Source: an uncultured virus (IMG/VR IMGVR_UViG_3300023174_000105) (lineage: Duplodnaviria > Heunggongvirae > Uroviricota > Caudoviricetes). Taken from it: a DNA stretch of 64,000 nt. This document shows positions 14,989-26,500 of this stretch, piece by piece. The DNA lies in the IMG/VR virus record IMGVR_UViG_3300023174_000105. One strand, given 5' to 3'. A program made the position numbers and the translations under genes. Below the pieces are notes generated by a model that saw nothing but the letters and a program-made list of their open reading frames with translations, was not told the origin of the DNA and did no database searches. Each line of letters begins with the position of its first letter. The first letter of the stretch is position 1.

Positions 14989-16506
14989 ATGGGCGTCAAT
15001 TTACTCCGTAATGCCAGGGTATTCTTTACTACTAACGTAAATGCAGACACTGGTAAAATTAACACAACTGCTTCTAGTGGTACTAATGCTAATACTTTTG
15101 AAATCCAAGTTCTGGATGGATTTAGTTTTAGTCAGGGAACTACTGCTGAAACAGTTACCCTTAATGAAGCAGGTTCTGCACCTGTTCGTGGACAACGTAG
15201 TTTCAATACTGCACTAAATCCAGTAGAATTTAGTTTTTCAACTTACCTCCGTCCTTGTGATAGTAATGATACTGCTAGTGCTCCTGTTACTGGCGGATTT
15301 GTTACTTCTGAAGAGCGTTGCTTATGGAACGCAATGTTTAGTAACAAAGCAATTGGTACTACAGGCGCTGCTTGGTTAGAGCGTGGTGCTACTTCTGCCG
15401 CAACTTTTACTATTGATACTGCTGGTACTGGATATATTGGTGCAGCAAGTACTGGAACAACCTATTATTCAGTACCGTTAACTTGGTCAAGTGGTGGCAC
15501 TGTAGGTGATATTACTGAATATCCAATTGCTGATATTACTGTAAGCCCTGCTGGAGTTGTTACGGCTGTTAGTATTGTTGATGCTGGTGTAGGTATTACA
15601 TCAGCTATGAAATTTACAGCTTCTAATAGTAACTTAGGTGGAGCAGGTTCCGGTTTAGTAATTGGTGTAACTGTTGTTACTACTAGTAGTTCACCAGCTA
15701 AAGTAGTCACTAATAATAGTCAAGTTCACCAGCTACAAAAATTTGGTATGATTGTTGTATTTGACGACACAACTTTCTTTATTGAAAATTGTACCCTAGA
15801 TACAGCAACTATTGATTTTGGACTTGATGCAATTGCTACTATTGCTTGGACTGGCAAAGCAACTGCTTTGACTACACCAAGTACTACAATTACTTTTGGC
15901 GGTACTGCCAGCAGTACTACTGGCGGAACAATGGCTGGTGGATATAGCGCAGCATCATTTAAACCAAAAATTACTTATGCACCGTATATTGCTAATAAGC
16001 TAAGTACAATGACCCTAAAGTCGGGAATCAATGCTGAAGGTACTTCTACTACTTATACACTAGCACTAACAGGCGGCAATATTACAATTAGCAATAATGT
16101 TACCTATTTAACACCAGCAAACTTGGGTATTGTTAATCAACCTTGTACATACTTTACAGGTACACGTAGTGTTACTGGTAATGTAACAGCTTATTTACGT
16201 GGTGGTAGTGGAGCAAATTATACCGCTACACTATTAGCCGATATGCTTAGTAGCACAAATATTACAAATGTAAATCCTGCATTTGAATTAGTTATTGCTA
16301 TGGGTGGTGCCGCAAATGCTACTCGTGTAGAATTTGATCTTAGTGCTGCCGTGGTACAAATTCCTACTATTGCAACAGAACAAGTTATTAGCACAACTAT
16401 TAACTTTACTGCTCAAGGTTATACACCGGTTAGTAATGCTACAGATACATTTGATATTACAGCCAGTAACGAACTTGAAGTTAGATACTACGCACCTATT
16501 GCATAA
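14989..16506 (+). CDS. Major tail tube protein (T5 pb6-like)
   Basis: NLLRNARVF, EIQVLDGFSFSQ, TLNEAG..P.RG...FN.ALNP..FSFSTY, NN.TYLTP..L...N.P...FTG. Confidence 0.88.
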   Translation: MGVNLLRNARVFFTTNVNADTGKINTTASSGTNANTFEIQVLDGFSFSQGTTAETVTLNEAGSAPVRGQRSFNTALNPVEFSFSTYLRPCDSNDTASAPVTGGFVTSEERCLWNAMFSNKAIGTTGAAWLERGATSAATFTIDTAGTGYIGAASTGTTYYSVPLTWSSGGTVGDITEYPIADITVSPAGVVTAVSIVDAGVGITSAMKFTASNSNLGGAGSGLVIGVTVVTTSSSPAKVVTNNSQVHQLQKFGMIVVFDDTTFFIENCTLDTATIDFGLDAIATIAWTGKATALTTPSTTITFGGTASSTTGGTMAGGYSAASFKPKITYAPYIANKLSTMTLKSGINAEGTSTTYTLALTGGNITISNNVTYLTPANLGIVNQPCTYFTGTRSVTGNVTAYLRGGSGANYTATLLADMLSSTNITNVNPAFELVIAMGGAANATRVEFDLSAAVVQIPTIATEQVISTTINFTAQGYTPVSNATDTFDITASNELEVRYYAPIA

Positions 16507-16521
16507 ATTTAATTAAGTACC

Positions 16522-16544
16522 GGGCCAGACTTTATGTCTGGCCC
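16522..16544 (+). other. GC-rich hairpin between the tail tube and chaperone genes
   Basis: GGGCCAGAC-TTTAT-GTCTGGCCC; no U tract, so more likely an mRNA-stability element than a terminator. Confidence 0.5.
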
Positions 16545-16567
16545 ACCCCAACCAACCAAGGTGACTA

Positions 16568-16987
16568 ATGTCCACACTTTCTCTTAAATCACTACTAGTT
16601 CCTTCCAAGTCAGTAGAAACAGAATATCCTGGTATGCCAGGTTTTAAACTACAGCTTAGTTTCTTGTCCCGGGAAATCTTGCTTAACGTTCGCAAAAAAT
16701 CTACAAAAACCACTTTTAAAAATCGCAAACCTGAAGAAGAATTTAATGAAGATCTTTTCTTGCAACTATATACAGAAAATGCAATTAAAGGTTGGTCAGG
16801 ATTTAAACTTAAGTACCTAGAACAACTAGCTCCAGTTGATTTAACTGGTCAAGACTTAGAAGATTACTTAGAGTTTACAAATGAAAATGCACTGTATTTG
16901 ATGAAAAACTCAAGCAATTTTGATGCATTTATTAGTGAACAGGTAAGTGATCTGGCAAATTTTTCGAATGGCAGCTTGCAGAAGTAA
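16568..16987 (+). CDS. Tail assembly chaperone (gpG-like)
   Basis: Between tail tube and tape measure; slippery A-AAT-TTT at 16957-16963 near its end. Confidence 0.85.
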   Translation: MSTLSLKSLLVPSKSVETEYPGMPGFKLQLSFLSREILLNVRKKSTKTTFKNRKPEEEFNEDLFLQLYTENAIKGWSGFKLKYLEQLAPVDLTGQDLEDYLEFTNENALYLMKNSSNFDAFISEQVSDLANFSNGSLQK

Positions 16988-17343
16988 ACAGGCTGCTTAA
17001 AAACTATTTTCAAAATAGCGAAGTTAGTATGACTAAGGCGGCCTATTTTGAAATGTGTGAACAACTGGGTAATGAACCCATTGAAGAAGAAATTCCAGTT
17101 GAATTTGATGACTTCTATTATGAAGTGCAACAGGCTTTTATTGTGTACAGAATGTTGCGTGATGAGTGGGAAGGCATGAATGGTATTTATTTAGGTAAAT
17201 CCCTAGTTGGAATCAAAGAAATATTTAGTGTATGTGAAATTGATCCACAAGATTACAAAATTATTTTGACACTTGTGCAAACAATTGATAGAATCAGACA
17301 AGACGAAATTAATACTAAACACCAAAGCAAAAAACCCGCTTAG
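16957..17343 (+). CDS. Tail assembly chaperone extension (gpT-like), reached by -1 frameshift
   Basis: The -1 frame is open from the slippery site (FEWQLAEVNRLLKNYFQNSEVS) into ORF 17029..17343. Confidence 0.8.
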   Translation, partial: KFFEWQLAEVNRLLKNYFQNSEVSMTKAAYFEMCEQLGNEPIEEEIPVEFDDFYYEVQQAFIVYRMLRDEWEGMNGIYLGKSLVGIKEIFSVCEIDPQDYKIILTLVQTIDRIRQDEINTKHQSKKPA

Positions 17344-17367
17344 CCCAGCAGTTAAGCGGGTTTTTTT
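17329..17367 (+). terminator. Intrinsic terminator (possibly bidirectional)
   Basis: A-tract, CCCGCTTA...TAAGCGGG, T7 tract. Confidence 0.85.
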
Positions 17368-17390
17368 GTGTTGTTTGAAAATTTTTTGTG

Positions 17391-17419
17391 TTGACACCTA
17401 TTTGCCTATATGGTATAAT
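17391..17419 (+). promoter_or_regulatory. Consensus sigma70 promoter of the tape-measure/tail-tip operon
   Basis: TTGACA-N17-TATAAT with a TG extension and upstream A/T tract. Confidence 0.9.
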
Positions 17420-17478
17420 TGGTATACATAAAAATGTGCAACCAATTTACTGGTTGCTAAAGACTACCTGGAGATACT

Positions 17479-20400
17479 ATGGCAGGTCAAAACATAAACA
17501 TTAACCTAAGTGTTGAAGATCAGCAGGGTACTATGCGTAAGCGCACGGATGAAGGTCGTGCGTATAATAGGGAACTTGAGCGATCAAAACAATTACTTCG
17601 CGAATCTGCCGCAACTGGGCCTAGTGCGTCCAGTACTATGCAGTATGGTCGTGCTCGTGGTGCCAGTGGTTTAACAGGTGCTAGTGCCCGAGATTTTGCT
17701 AATGAGCAACAAGGTCTTGGTGGATTAGTCAGACTATACGCTACAGTTGCGGCCAATACATATGCTGCAGCTACTGCTTTTAAAGCACTAAGTGACGCCA
17801 TGAATTTTAATAACATGATTGCTGGTTTAGATGCGCTAGGGGCAGTAAGTGGTAAAAGTTTGGGCGGATTAAGTAAGCGAATATCAGACTTAACAAATGG
17901 TGCTGTTTCAATGCAAGATGCAATGAAAATAGTAGCACAAACAAGTACTGCTGGTATTAGTAGTCGAGATATTGAGCGATTAACCGTAGTAGCCAAAAAT
18001 GCTAGTTTAGCATTAGGCTTATCTATGCCTGATGCATTAAGTAGATTAAGTCGCGGTGTAGTTAAACTAGAACCTGAATTGCTAGACGAACTTGGTTTAT
18101 TTACTAAAATTGGGCCTGCTACTGAAACCTATGCAAGATCATTGGGCAAAACTACGGCTAGTTTAACTGATTTTGAAAAACGTCAAGCTTTTTTAAATGC
18201 TATTGTTAAAGAAGGTGAAACTTCTTTTTCTGCGCTAGGAGACTTGGCTACAAATCCTTATGAGAAGCTTGCTGCTACTCTTAAAAATCTTTCACAAGAG
18301 GGTTTAGGCTTTGTTAATAAAGTATTAGTACCTATTGTAGAGTTTTTATCTAGTAGTCCAACGGCATTAGCTACTGCACTAGGAGCTGTAGGAATTGCAC
18401 TCGTAAAACAAGCTTTACCAGCTCTGGGTGAGTTTAAATCAGGTTTGGCAAGAAGTGCAACAACTGCTGCAGATTTAGCTGCAAAAAAAGCTCAAGATGC
18501 TAAATTAGCTACTGCTGCTGTTGACAAACAAATTTTAGACAGAGCTGAAAAAGATGCTGAGGCACACCTAAACAAAATTACTCAAGCTGAAGAAAATTTA
18601 AGCAAACTAAAGAAAGAAAAGTTTAAAAAGGACGCTGAAGCACAAAAAATATTGGCAAAAGCAACACAAGATATTAATGCACAAGATTTAGCCTATTTAG
18701 ATAAAAAAGCTTTAATGGCTAAAAGCGATAAAGGAAAGCAGTATTGGAATGATATTAAACAAGGTATACTAGATTCACAAGCAGCTGAAAAGAAATATAG
18801 TCAAGAAAAAGATGCAAGTATTATAAGACAAGAAAAAGCAGCCAAAGGCGGTACGTTTTTAGGAATACCTACTAGTATATATGGTGCAACATTACAAGCT
18901 TCACAAGCTGCACAAGATGCTGCAACTAAAAAGGGCATAATTTCTAATGCCGCTTATAATGGTAGCCTAATTGGTCTTACAGGTTCTTGGAAACTAATGA
19001 ATGCAGAAATTGAAAAAAATCTGCCAAATCTAAGTAATTGGGAAAAGAATATTGTAAAGGCTCGCGGAGCTGCAGCAATATTTGCCGGAGCATTAGGTAC
19101 AGTTACAGGAGTACTTAATGGATTTCTTGGAGCAATAGGTATTGCTACAGGATTATTTGCAGTATTTGATTACCTTTTTAGTAATAATAAAAAAGAAGCT
19201 GCTGCTTTTTCTTCAGCAATTAATATTGCTCAAGACTCAGTGCTTAATATGAATCGCGTGTTAGGTTTATTAGACAAGCAGGGCGGATTTAGTTATAAAA
19301 CTATTGCAGGAATTAATGCAGTATCTAATGCGTTAGGTGAAGTAGCTAATAGTGCTGAAACCGCAGTTGCAGCAATGAGAGCCAGCGCTGACAAAATGAC
19401 TGGATTTTGGGATAAAACTAAGGACAGCATACTTAGTGTAATTGGTAAAAGCGAACAGCAAGAGTTATCCAAAACTTTGGCTGTTCAAGTTAAAGCAGCT
19501 TTAGAAGGCTTAAATAAGGCAGGTATACCTGATGCCGGCATTAAATTACGCGGATTAGTAGGTTTAGATAAAAACAGTTTAGTAGATGTAAAAAGTTTAG
19601 CTGAATATTTAGAAACATTAAGCAATACAAAATTAGATCAAGTTGTAGAGGCACTTAAGAAAATAGCTGATCAAACTAATCAAAGTAATCAAAGACTTCA
19701 AGCCTTTAAAAATTCTACTGAAGCACTTAAAAAAGCTTATGATGAATTTATTCAATCTACAGCTAGTTCAAACCCACTTTTTAAAGTAGGTGCTGCAATT
19801 GAAAAAGTAATCACAGACATGACACAATTACAACGTGGCGGTCCTGGTAGTATTGATGAAATAAAAGCTGCATTACTTGATTTAGCACAATCTCCTGAAA
19901 AAGCAATGTTATTTGGTCCGGAATTTACTACCGGACTATTAAATATTCGCACAGGTTTTTTAGAACAAACAAAAGCTATTGAAACTGCTAAAAATGAATT
20001 AGTTAGTTATGATCAACAAATTGGTGATACTGAAAACACTATAGCTGATTTAAATAAACAGTTACTTGCTAGTAAAACTCGCGTTGGGTTTGGAAGCGGC
20101 GGTATGTTAATGGGCGGTGATGCTACCAAAGAATTAGACGCACAACTTGCCAAGGCACAATTACAACGAGATTATCTAAGAGGTAAAAAAGACGAAATAA
20201 AGATTAAATTTGATGCGTTGCCAACAGATAAAATCGAAGCAGCAAGTAAAATATTTACTACTGGTTTGGAGTATGCTTTTAAAGAAGGCTCTAGATTAAT
20301 TGATGTAGCTTTAGGTCAAGCAAGTGAAAAAGCAGCCTTAACAATTGCAAAAGCAAAATTAGGTGGATTAACTGGCGAAGAGCGAGCCATTGCTGAACAA

Positions 20401-22647
20401 AAGATAGCGCTTCAAGAACTTGATATTAGAAAACGAGCAGCTCAGACAAGTATAGACTTAATACTTTCTAATGAAAAATTAACTGCAAGTATTAATGAGA
20501 GTAATGCCTTAGAAAATTACGCTATTACTGAAGGAAAAGTTAAAGCAGGCACAGCTACACAAAGAGAACTAGATATTGCAGCTAGTGGAGTAATTATAGC
20601 TAGAGCTGTTAATGAAGCTTTTAACAATTTAGGCAAAGGTTCAAAATTAGTAATACCAACATCAGTTAAAGATATTACTGGTGAAACTGTTGCGTTAGAT
20701 AAAGATCAACTTGCGCGTGCGCAAGGAAACACTCTTCGCGCAAAGCAACAAGTAGCTGCACAAAAAGCAGTTATAACAGAAATAGGTGGAGAAGTAAGTG
20801 CTGTTAATATTAACGCTCAAAGAGCCAAAGAAACTGGACGTTTAGATACAGTACAAAAACTACTCCAAGCTCAACAAAATATAAATGCTGCTGAACTAAC
20901 TCAATTATCAACACTAAATAGTATTATTGGTTATAGTACTCAAGAACTTGCTGTTTCACAAAATGAATTAGAAACTAAACAATTAACACTTAAGCAATTG
21001 CAACAGCTAGATGCAGCTCAAACTGCCATTAATAATACTGAAGAAGGAAGTAATAGTAGAATACTAGCTATAAAACTTAAGGAAAGTTTAGTAGACGTTC
21101 ATAAACTCGAAACTCAAAATCAAGGATTGGTTAGTCAGAAAAAGCTTATAGATACTCAAATTCAAGAAGATCAGCGTCGTAGAGCTGTATTAGATAAAGC
21201 TTATAGTTTAGCTGAAGAATATTTAGGTTTACAAAAACAAACTATTGACCTACAATCTAAAGGGTTAATATACCTAAGCGATTCAGCCATACAGCAAAGA
21301 AATTTAAATGAAACACAATCATTAGCTATTACTCAAACAAAACGTAGAAATACTTTAGAAGGTGAATTATCAGACTTACGTAAACAAGAAGCCGGTACTG
21401 ATAATCCTATGGCATTAGCTCAGTTTACAGAACGTATAAGACTTAAACAAGGAGAACTTGATACTGTTAAGGATATACAAACTGAAGAACAAAGATTATT
21501 ACAAATTCGTCAGCGCCAAGCAGAAAGCGAAAATAAATTTGCTAAAGAAGCTTTTAGTCGTGAAATTGATTATGCTGCAAAAGAACAAAATCTTGTCTAT
21601 CGTCAACAAGAAACACAACTTGCTAGCGAAATGCTAGGAATCGAAACTCAGATTAATTTGTTGCTACCAGATGAAATTGCTCAACGTGAAAAGTTACTTA
21701 AACTAAGAGAACTAGAAGAGAGTACTGAGCAAAAACTACTTCAAGCTACAAAAACCCGCGATAATGAATTAGCAAAACTGCAAAAAGATCAAAGAGATGC
21801 AGCTTATGGTCAAGAATTTGGCATATTATCACCAGAAGATGAGGCACAGTTTAATTTACGCAAAAAATACATTGAAGATACATATAACAATGAAAAGAAA
21901 CTAATTGATCGCAATAACCAAGCAAAAATGCAAGCTATAGATTTGCAGTATTCTATGACTGATCGCATGAAAGCTTATGATCAAACCTTTCAACAAGCAT
22001 TTAGTAACATGGCTGATGCCCTTATAGAGTTTACTAAAACTGGTAAATTAAACTTTAAAGGTTTAATTGATAGCATGCTTACGGATTTGATTAGATATGA
22101 ATTAAAACTGCAAATGATGGAAACCTATAAAACTTTTAGACCTGGGTTAATGAGTGGAATTTCTGCATTTTTTGGTGGTAGTAATCCTATAGGTCCTGGT
22201 GCTGCCAGTGATATGGGTACATTTAATGCGCTAATGGCAGCAGGCGGACTAGCAAAAGGCGGAGCATTTGATCAAGGTTATCCAGTTCATAAATTTGCAA
22301 TGGGTGGAGCATTTACTAATCAAGTAGTAAATAGCCCAACATTATTTAAATTTGCTAGTGGAACTGGTTTAATGGGCGAAGCAGGACCCGAAGCCATTAT
22401 GCCCCTAAAGCGTGATAGCAGTGGTAATCTGGGAGTACGTTCACAACCTAGTAACGTTAATGTTGTGGTTAATAATCACAGTGGTCAACCAGCAGAAACT
22501 CGTGAAACCATGGATAGTCGTGGTAATCGTACAATTGAAGTAATTGTGGGTAATGTAGTTGCGCAACAAATTGCAACTAAGGGTAGCCCAGTACAACAGT
22601 CCATGTCTAATACATACGGCAGCAGGCCTACACTTGCTAGGAGGTAA
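17479..22647 (+). CDS. Tape measure protein (1722 aa)
   Basis: T5-like N-terminus (LSRG..KLEPELLDELG), long Ala/Lys/Gln helical body, C-terminal GLMGEAGPEAIMPLKR. Confidence 0.92.
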   Translation: MAGQNININLSVEDQQGTMRKRTDEGRAYNRELERSKQLLRESAATGPSASSTMQYGRARGASGLTGASARDFANEQQGLGGLVRLYATVAANTYAAATAFKALSDAMNFNNMIAGLDALGAVSGKSLGGLSKRISDLTNGAVSMQDAMKIVAQTSTAGISSRDIERLTVVAKNASLALGLSMPDALSRLSRGVVKLEPELLDELGLFTKIGPATETYARSLGKTTASLTDFEKRQAFLNAIVKEGETSFSALGDLATNPYEKLAATLKNLSQEGLGFVNKVLVPIVEFLSSSPTALATALGAVGIALVKQALPALGEFKSGLARSATTAADLAAKKAQDAKLATAAVDKQILDRAEKDAEAHLNKITQAEENLSKLKKEKFKKDAEAQKILAKATQDINAQDLAYLDKKALMAKSDKGKQYWNDIKQGILDSQAAEKKYSQEKDASIIRQEKAAKGGTFLGIPTSIYGATLQASQAAQDAATKKGIISNAAYNGSLIGLTGSWKLMNAEIEKNLPNLSNWEKNIVKARGAAAIFAGALGTVTGVLNGFLGAIGIATGLFAVFDYLFSNNKKEAAAFSSAINIAQDSVLNMNRVLGLLDKQGGFSYKTIAGINAVSNALGEVANSAETAVAAMRASADKMTGFWDKTKDSILSVIGKSEQQELSKTLAVQVKAALEGLNKAGIPDAGIKLRGLVGLDKNSLVDVKSLAEYLETLSNTKLDQVVEALKKIADQTNQSNQRLQAFKNSTEALKKAYDEFIQSTASSNPLFKVGAAIEKVITDMTQLQRGGPGSIDEIKAALLDLAQSPEKAMLFGPEFTTGLLNIRTGFLEQTKAIETAKNELVSYDQQIGDTENTIADLNKQLLASKTRVGFGSGGMLMGGDATKELDAQLAKAQLQRDYLRGKKDEIKIKFDALPTDKIEAASKIFTTGLEYAFKEGSRLIDVALGQASEKAALTIAKAKLGGLTGEERAIAEQKIALQELDIRKRAAQTSIDLILSNEKLTASINESNALENYAITEGKVKAGTATQRELDIAASGVIIARAVNEAFNNLGKGSKLVIPTSVKDITGETVALDKDQLARAQGNTLRAKQQVAAQKAVITEIGGEVSAVNINAQRAKETGRLDTVQKLLQAQQNINAAELTQLSTLNSIIGYSTQELAVSQNELETKQLTLKQLQQLDAAQTAINNTEEGSNSRILAIKLKESLVDVHKLETQNQGLVSQKKLIDTQIQEDQRRRAVLDKAYSLAEEYLGLQKQTIDLQSKGLIYLSDSAIQQRNLNETQSLAITQTKRRNTLEGELSDLRKQEAGTDNPMALAQFTERIRLKQGELDTVKDIQTEEQRLLQIRQRQAESENKFAKEAFSREIDYAAKEQNLVYRQQETQLASEMLGIETQINLLLPDEIAQREKLLKLRELEESTEQKLLQATKTRDNELAKLQKDQRDAAYGQEFGILSPEDEAQFNLRKKYIEDTYNNEKKLIDRNNQAKMQAIDLQYSMTDRMKAYDQTFQQAFSNMADALIEFTKTGKLNFKGLIDSMLTDLIRYELKLQMMETYKTFRPGLMSGISAFFGGSNPIGPGAASDMGTFNALMAAGGLAKGGAFDQGYPVHKFAMGGAFTNQVVNSPTLFKFASGTGLMGEAGPEAIMPLKRDSSGNLGVRSQPSNVNVVVNNHSGQPAETRETMDSRGNRTIEVIVGNVVAQQIATKGSPVQQSMSNTYGSRPTLARR

Positions 22648-22650
22648 TCG

Positions 22651-23016
22651 ATGAGTATTCAATGGCCTATTGCTTATAACTTTCCACAAGTACCGCAAAA
22701 AGGTTTTACTGAGTCCGTGGGAGTTAACGTTATACGTTCTCCCATGGACACAGGTCCTGCTAAAATGCGTAGACGTGGTGCTAGACCTAGCGTGCTTAAT
22801 GTAGCTTTTATACTTACTAATGATCAAGCTCAAGAACTAGAAAGATTTATTAAAAGCGATTTATTAGGCACTAGACGATTTAATTTTAAACATCCACGTA
22901 CTGGTAGTACTGTGGAAGTTAGAATTGTACCGCAAGGCGATAGTGAGTTCTACAAATTAACTTACCTAGCACCGGGTTATTGGCAAACAGACTTAGTATT
23001 TGAAGTATTACCATGA
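22651..23016 (+). CDS. Distal tail protein (lambda gpM-like)
   Basis: IRSPMDTGPAKMRRR...F.F.HPRTG; directly follows the tape measure gene. Confidence 0.75.
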   Translation: MSIQWPIAYNFPQVPQKGFTESVGVNVIRSPMDTGPAKMRRRGARPSVLNVAFILTNDQAQELERFIKSDLLGTRRFNFKHPRTGSTVEVRIVPQGDSEFYKLTYLAPGYWQTDLVFEVLP

Positions 23017-23543
23017 GCAGATTAAGTATACTTAGTGCAGCGGCTATTCGTGCAATGTTTTCATCAGAAACAGAACAAGCAATTGTTATGTTGGTGACTA
23101 TTTACGATCTTGCTGGTGCACCACTCTTACGTTTATCGGATAATTTTAATAAACGTATTAGCGAAACTGATGCCGATATTGTATATGGAGTAAGATGCCT
23201 AGGTAATAACTTTATGTTTTTACCTATGGAAATTTCACTGCCTAGTGAGACTGATGATGGCAACAGCAATTGTAGCATTAGGTTTAATTTTGTTACGCCA
23301 GAAGCTATACAAATTATTCGTGAACAGCTAACTGGACCAGTTAAAGTTTTACTAGAACTTGCGCTTACTGATGGTACTAGTGCAGATTTAGCTGGTATAG
23401 AAGCTACCTTTTCAGGATTTTACATTACCAGTGCTAATTACAATGCTGAAAGCATTACCCTAAATCTAGGTATGATTAACTACAACACAGAACCATTTCC
23501 TGCTTATAACTTTACTCCTAAAAACTTTCCAGGACTATTCTAA
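23013..23543 (+). CDS. Minor tail-tip protein (DUF1833 / gpL-like)
   Basis: F...PM.I.LP...EPFP..NFTP..FPGLF C-terminus; synteny. Confidence 0.75.
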   Translation: MSRLSILSAAAIRAMFSSETEQAIVMLVTIYDLAGAPLLRLSDNFNKRISETDADIVYGVRCLGNNFMFLPMEISLPSETDDGNSNCSIRFNFVTPEAIQIIREQLTGPVKVLLELALTDGTSADLAGIEATFSGFYITSANYNAESITLNLGMINYNTEPFPAYNFTPKNFPGLF

Positions 23544-26500
23544 TGTGGTATAATAAATATATTGGACTACCCTACAAGGACAACGGCAGAACTACAGCTG
23601 GAATTGATTGCTGGGGATTAGCTTGTCTGGTATATCGTGAACACTTTGATATTGAACTACCCACATTAGATGATTGCTATCATGGTGCCCAAGACTTAGC
23701 AGTTCGGGAATTGGTTAATAGCACCAAAGAATCCTGGATTTTAACTACCGAGCCTAAAGCCGGTGATATTTGTGTATTTAATATTCTAGGTGAACCTACA
23801 CACGTAGGCATTTATATTGGTGATCGTAAGTTTTTACATGCACGTGCTGGTCAAGACAGTGTTATTGAATCGCTAGATAGTGTTGGCTGGAGTCGTAGAC
23901 TAGAAGGCGTCTATGAATATAATCATGGCACAATTCAATTAACCGGCGCACCACATCCACTGCAGCTACAAAATGTAGTTACTGATTGGGCAGTGGCAGG
24001 TACCAGTATTGGTCAACTTACTAAATATATTCAAGAAAAGTATCGTGTAAGCGCAAGATTACTAGAACGAATTGTAGTTGTAGTAGATGGTGTTCCCATA
24101 GCACAAGAAAACTGGCAAACTACTAAGTTATTGCCAGGGCAAACTGTTGCCTATAGAGTTATTGCTGCTGGCGGTGGCGGGGGCAATAATCCTCTTAAAA
24201 CTCTACTTACTCTTGCAGTAATTATTGCTGTTGCTATTTATGCTCCACAAATAGGCACAGCTTTAGCAGGTACTGGAGCTAGTGCAGGAACTATTGCTGC
24301 TTATACTGCTGCCACTAGTATTGCTCTTAATATGGCAGGCATGGCATTAATCAATGCTATTGCTCCTATTAAAACACCTAAACCAGAGCCTGCTGGCACA
24401 AGTCTAAACTTATTTAATGGTAGTAGCAATCAGATTAATCGTTTTGGCGCCGTACCCGTTGTGCTAGGACGTGTGCGCATGACTGGTGTACATGGTGCTA
24501 CACCCTATATTCAAGGCTTACGAGATACCAGTGTTATTAGCATGGCACTAATCTGGGGATTTGGCCCACTGCAGGTTAGTGATATCCAAATAGGCCTAGT
24601 ACCTATAGAACAGTTTTATGGGGTTAATGCTACTAATGCAACTGATGAAGTCGTACCTGTAACACTAGCTGGTTATTCTTATGAGAATACACTTCCCTTT
24701 GATCAAATATACGGTCAAGATGTAACACAGCAAATTGTTAACACAGATTTAACAAATGACTACTATTTAGGTGGAAGTAGTACTAATCCAGTAGAAAGCA
24801 CTACTAATCCAAAGTATCCTAATCCAGAAAATGAATCTCAGCTTATAACAGGTGGTGCATGGAAAGAAGTTGCACTAACTGAACCATGTACTAGAATTGA
24901 GCTTACATTTACTTTTCCGCAAGGATTACGCAGTTTAAAAGCACCAAATGAAGTTGCCACAGCAACAGCAATGGTAGAGATTCAGTATAAAACTGACGGT
25001 GAATCTTGGGGTGGTGATCCAATTTTTACTAATAATCAAACTATTAGTGTTACTAGCAGCGGCACTACTACTAGTAATTGGAGCACAGTACTTAGTCATC
25101 CCAAAGCTAATGTAGTAGATAGTAGAACATATGATAATGATGTTATAACGGGTAGTATCAGTTATAACCAAACTTATCAATGGCATATAATTACACTACA
25201 AAGTGGCGGCGGTATTAATGTATTTAGCGGCACTCCTACCGAAAGTCCTTTTAGCGTACCAAGTACCTCAATTATAGATAGCTATAGTAGTACTCAATAT
25301 AATTCATTAGCACTATCAACTGAAGGTCTTTCCGCAAAATATAATAATATTCCGGATATTCCTTCTGGACATATTCAACTGTATCGTATATGCTTAAGAA
25401 GCGCTGTTGGTACTGGTCAAAGTATTTTCTTTACACAAGTTGATTTGCGTAGTTCATACGGTACTGTAACTGGACTAGCTCTTACTAAAACAGAAAATAC
25501 AACAGACGGTACTTTAACAATTCAAATTAGTCCTGGCAGTGTTATTAATACTGCTCAAACTCCGGCCGCAAGCCTTGTAGTACAAGAAAAATTTAGTACA
25601 AAAGATTTTGTAACTAATACACTTCACTTTCCAATATCTCCTACAGGCGAAAGTAATTGGTCCGATTTTTTAACCGAATATGGACGCTGGGCTACTTATC
25701 GCCTAGCCGGTTTTCTTGGTATAGGCGGTAAATATAAAATTGCTACTTTGGGTAATACTAACTGGCAAGCTTTTGGAGCACCAGCAAATGCCGCAGTAGG
25801 AACTATATTTACTGCTACTGCAGATGCAAATTATGGTAATAGTAACATAGGTAATTCTCCCGGTACTGTTTACTATGATGGACTTAGTATGTCTCAAGTA
25901 TGGGTAGTTTCGACCAGTGACGCAGGATTTTATACTGTGTATGTTAGTTCTAATACTTCTGGACAGATACAACTTGATAGCACTACAATACTTAGTTTTA
26001 AGGATGATTCTTATAACACAGAATTTAGTAACACTGTGTATGTTGAAGCGGGAACACATCAAGTACAAATTTACGCTTATAATCAAGACTTTAAAGTACT
26101 TAATCCTGCTGTAGCTTTACGATTTAGTATTACTAAAGACGGGTTAAATAGTCCAAACGTTTCGGCTAATACAATACAATCTTGGGGTGCCGAGGGTACA
26201 CCTTACCAGTATTGGAAAGATGCCTTTAATGCTACTTATAGTATTAATGATTTACCACCAGCACTTTATACAGTACGAGTACGTAGACGTAATTTTTCAT
26301 ATGGTGGTCAAGTACCTGGTGATGAAGTGTGGAGTAGATATGATAAATCTACACTATATACTGTAACAGGATATAGTAATAATAAACCTATTACTAATCC
26401 ACCAGGATGTTATTTAGCTAAAACAGCTATTAGATTACAGAGTACAAACAAAGTAAATGGTACCGTTGATGGAATTAATGCATTAGTGCAAACTCTTGGA

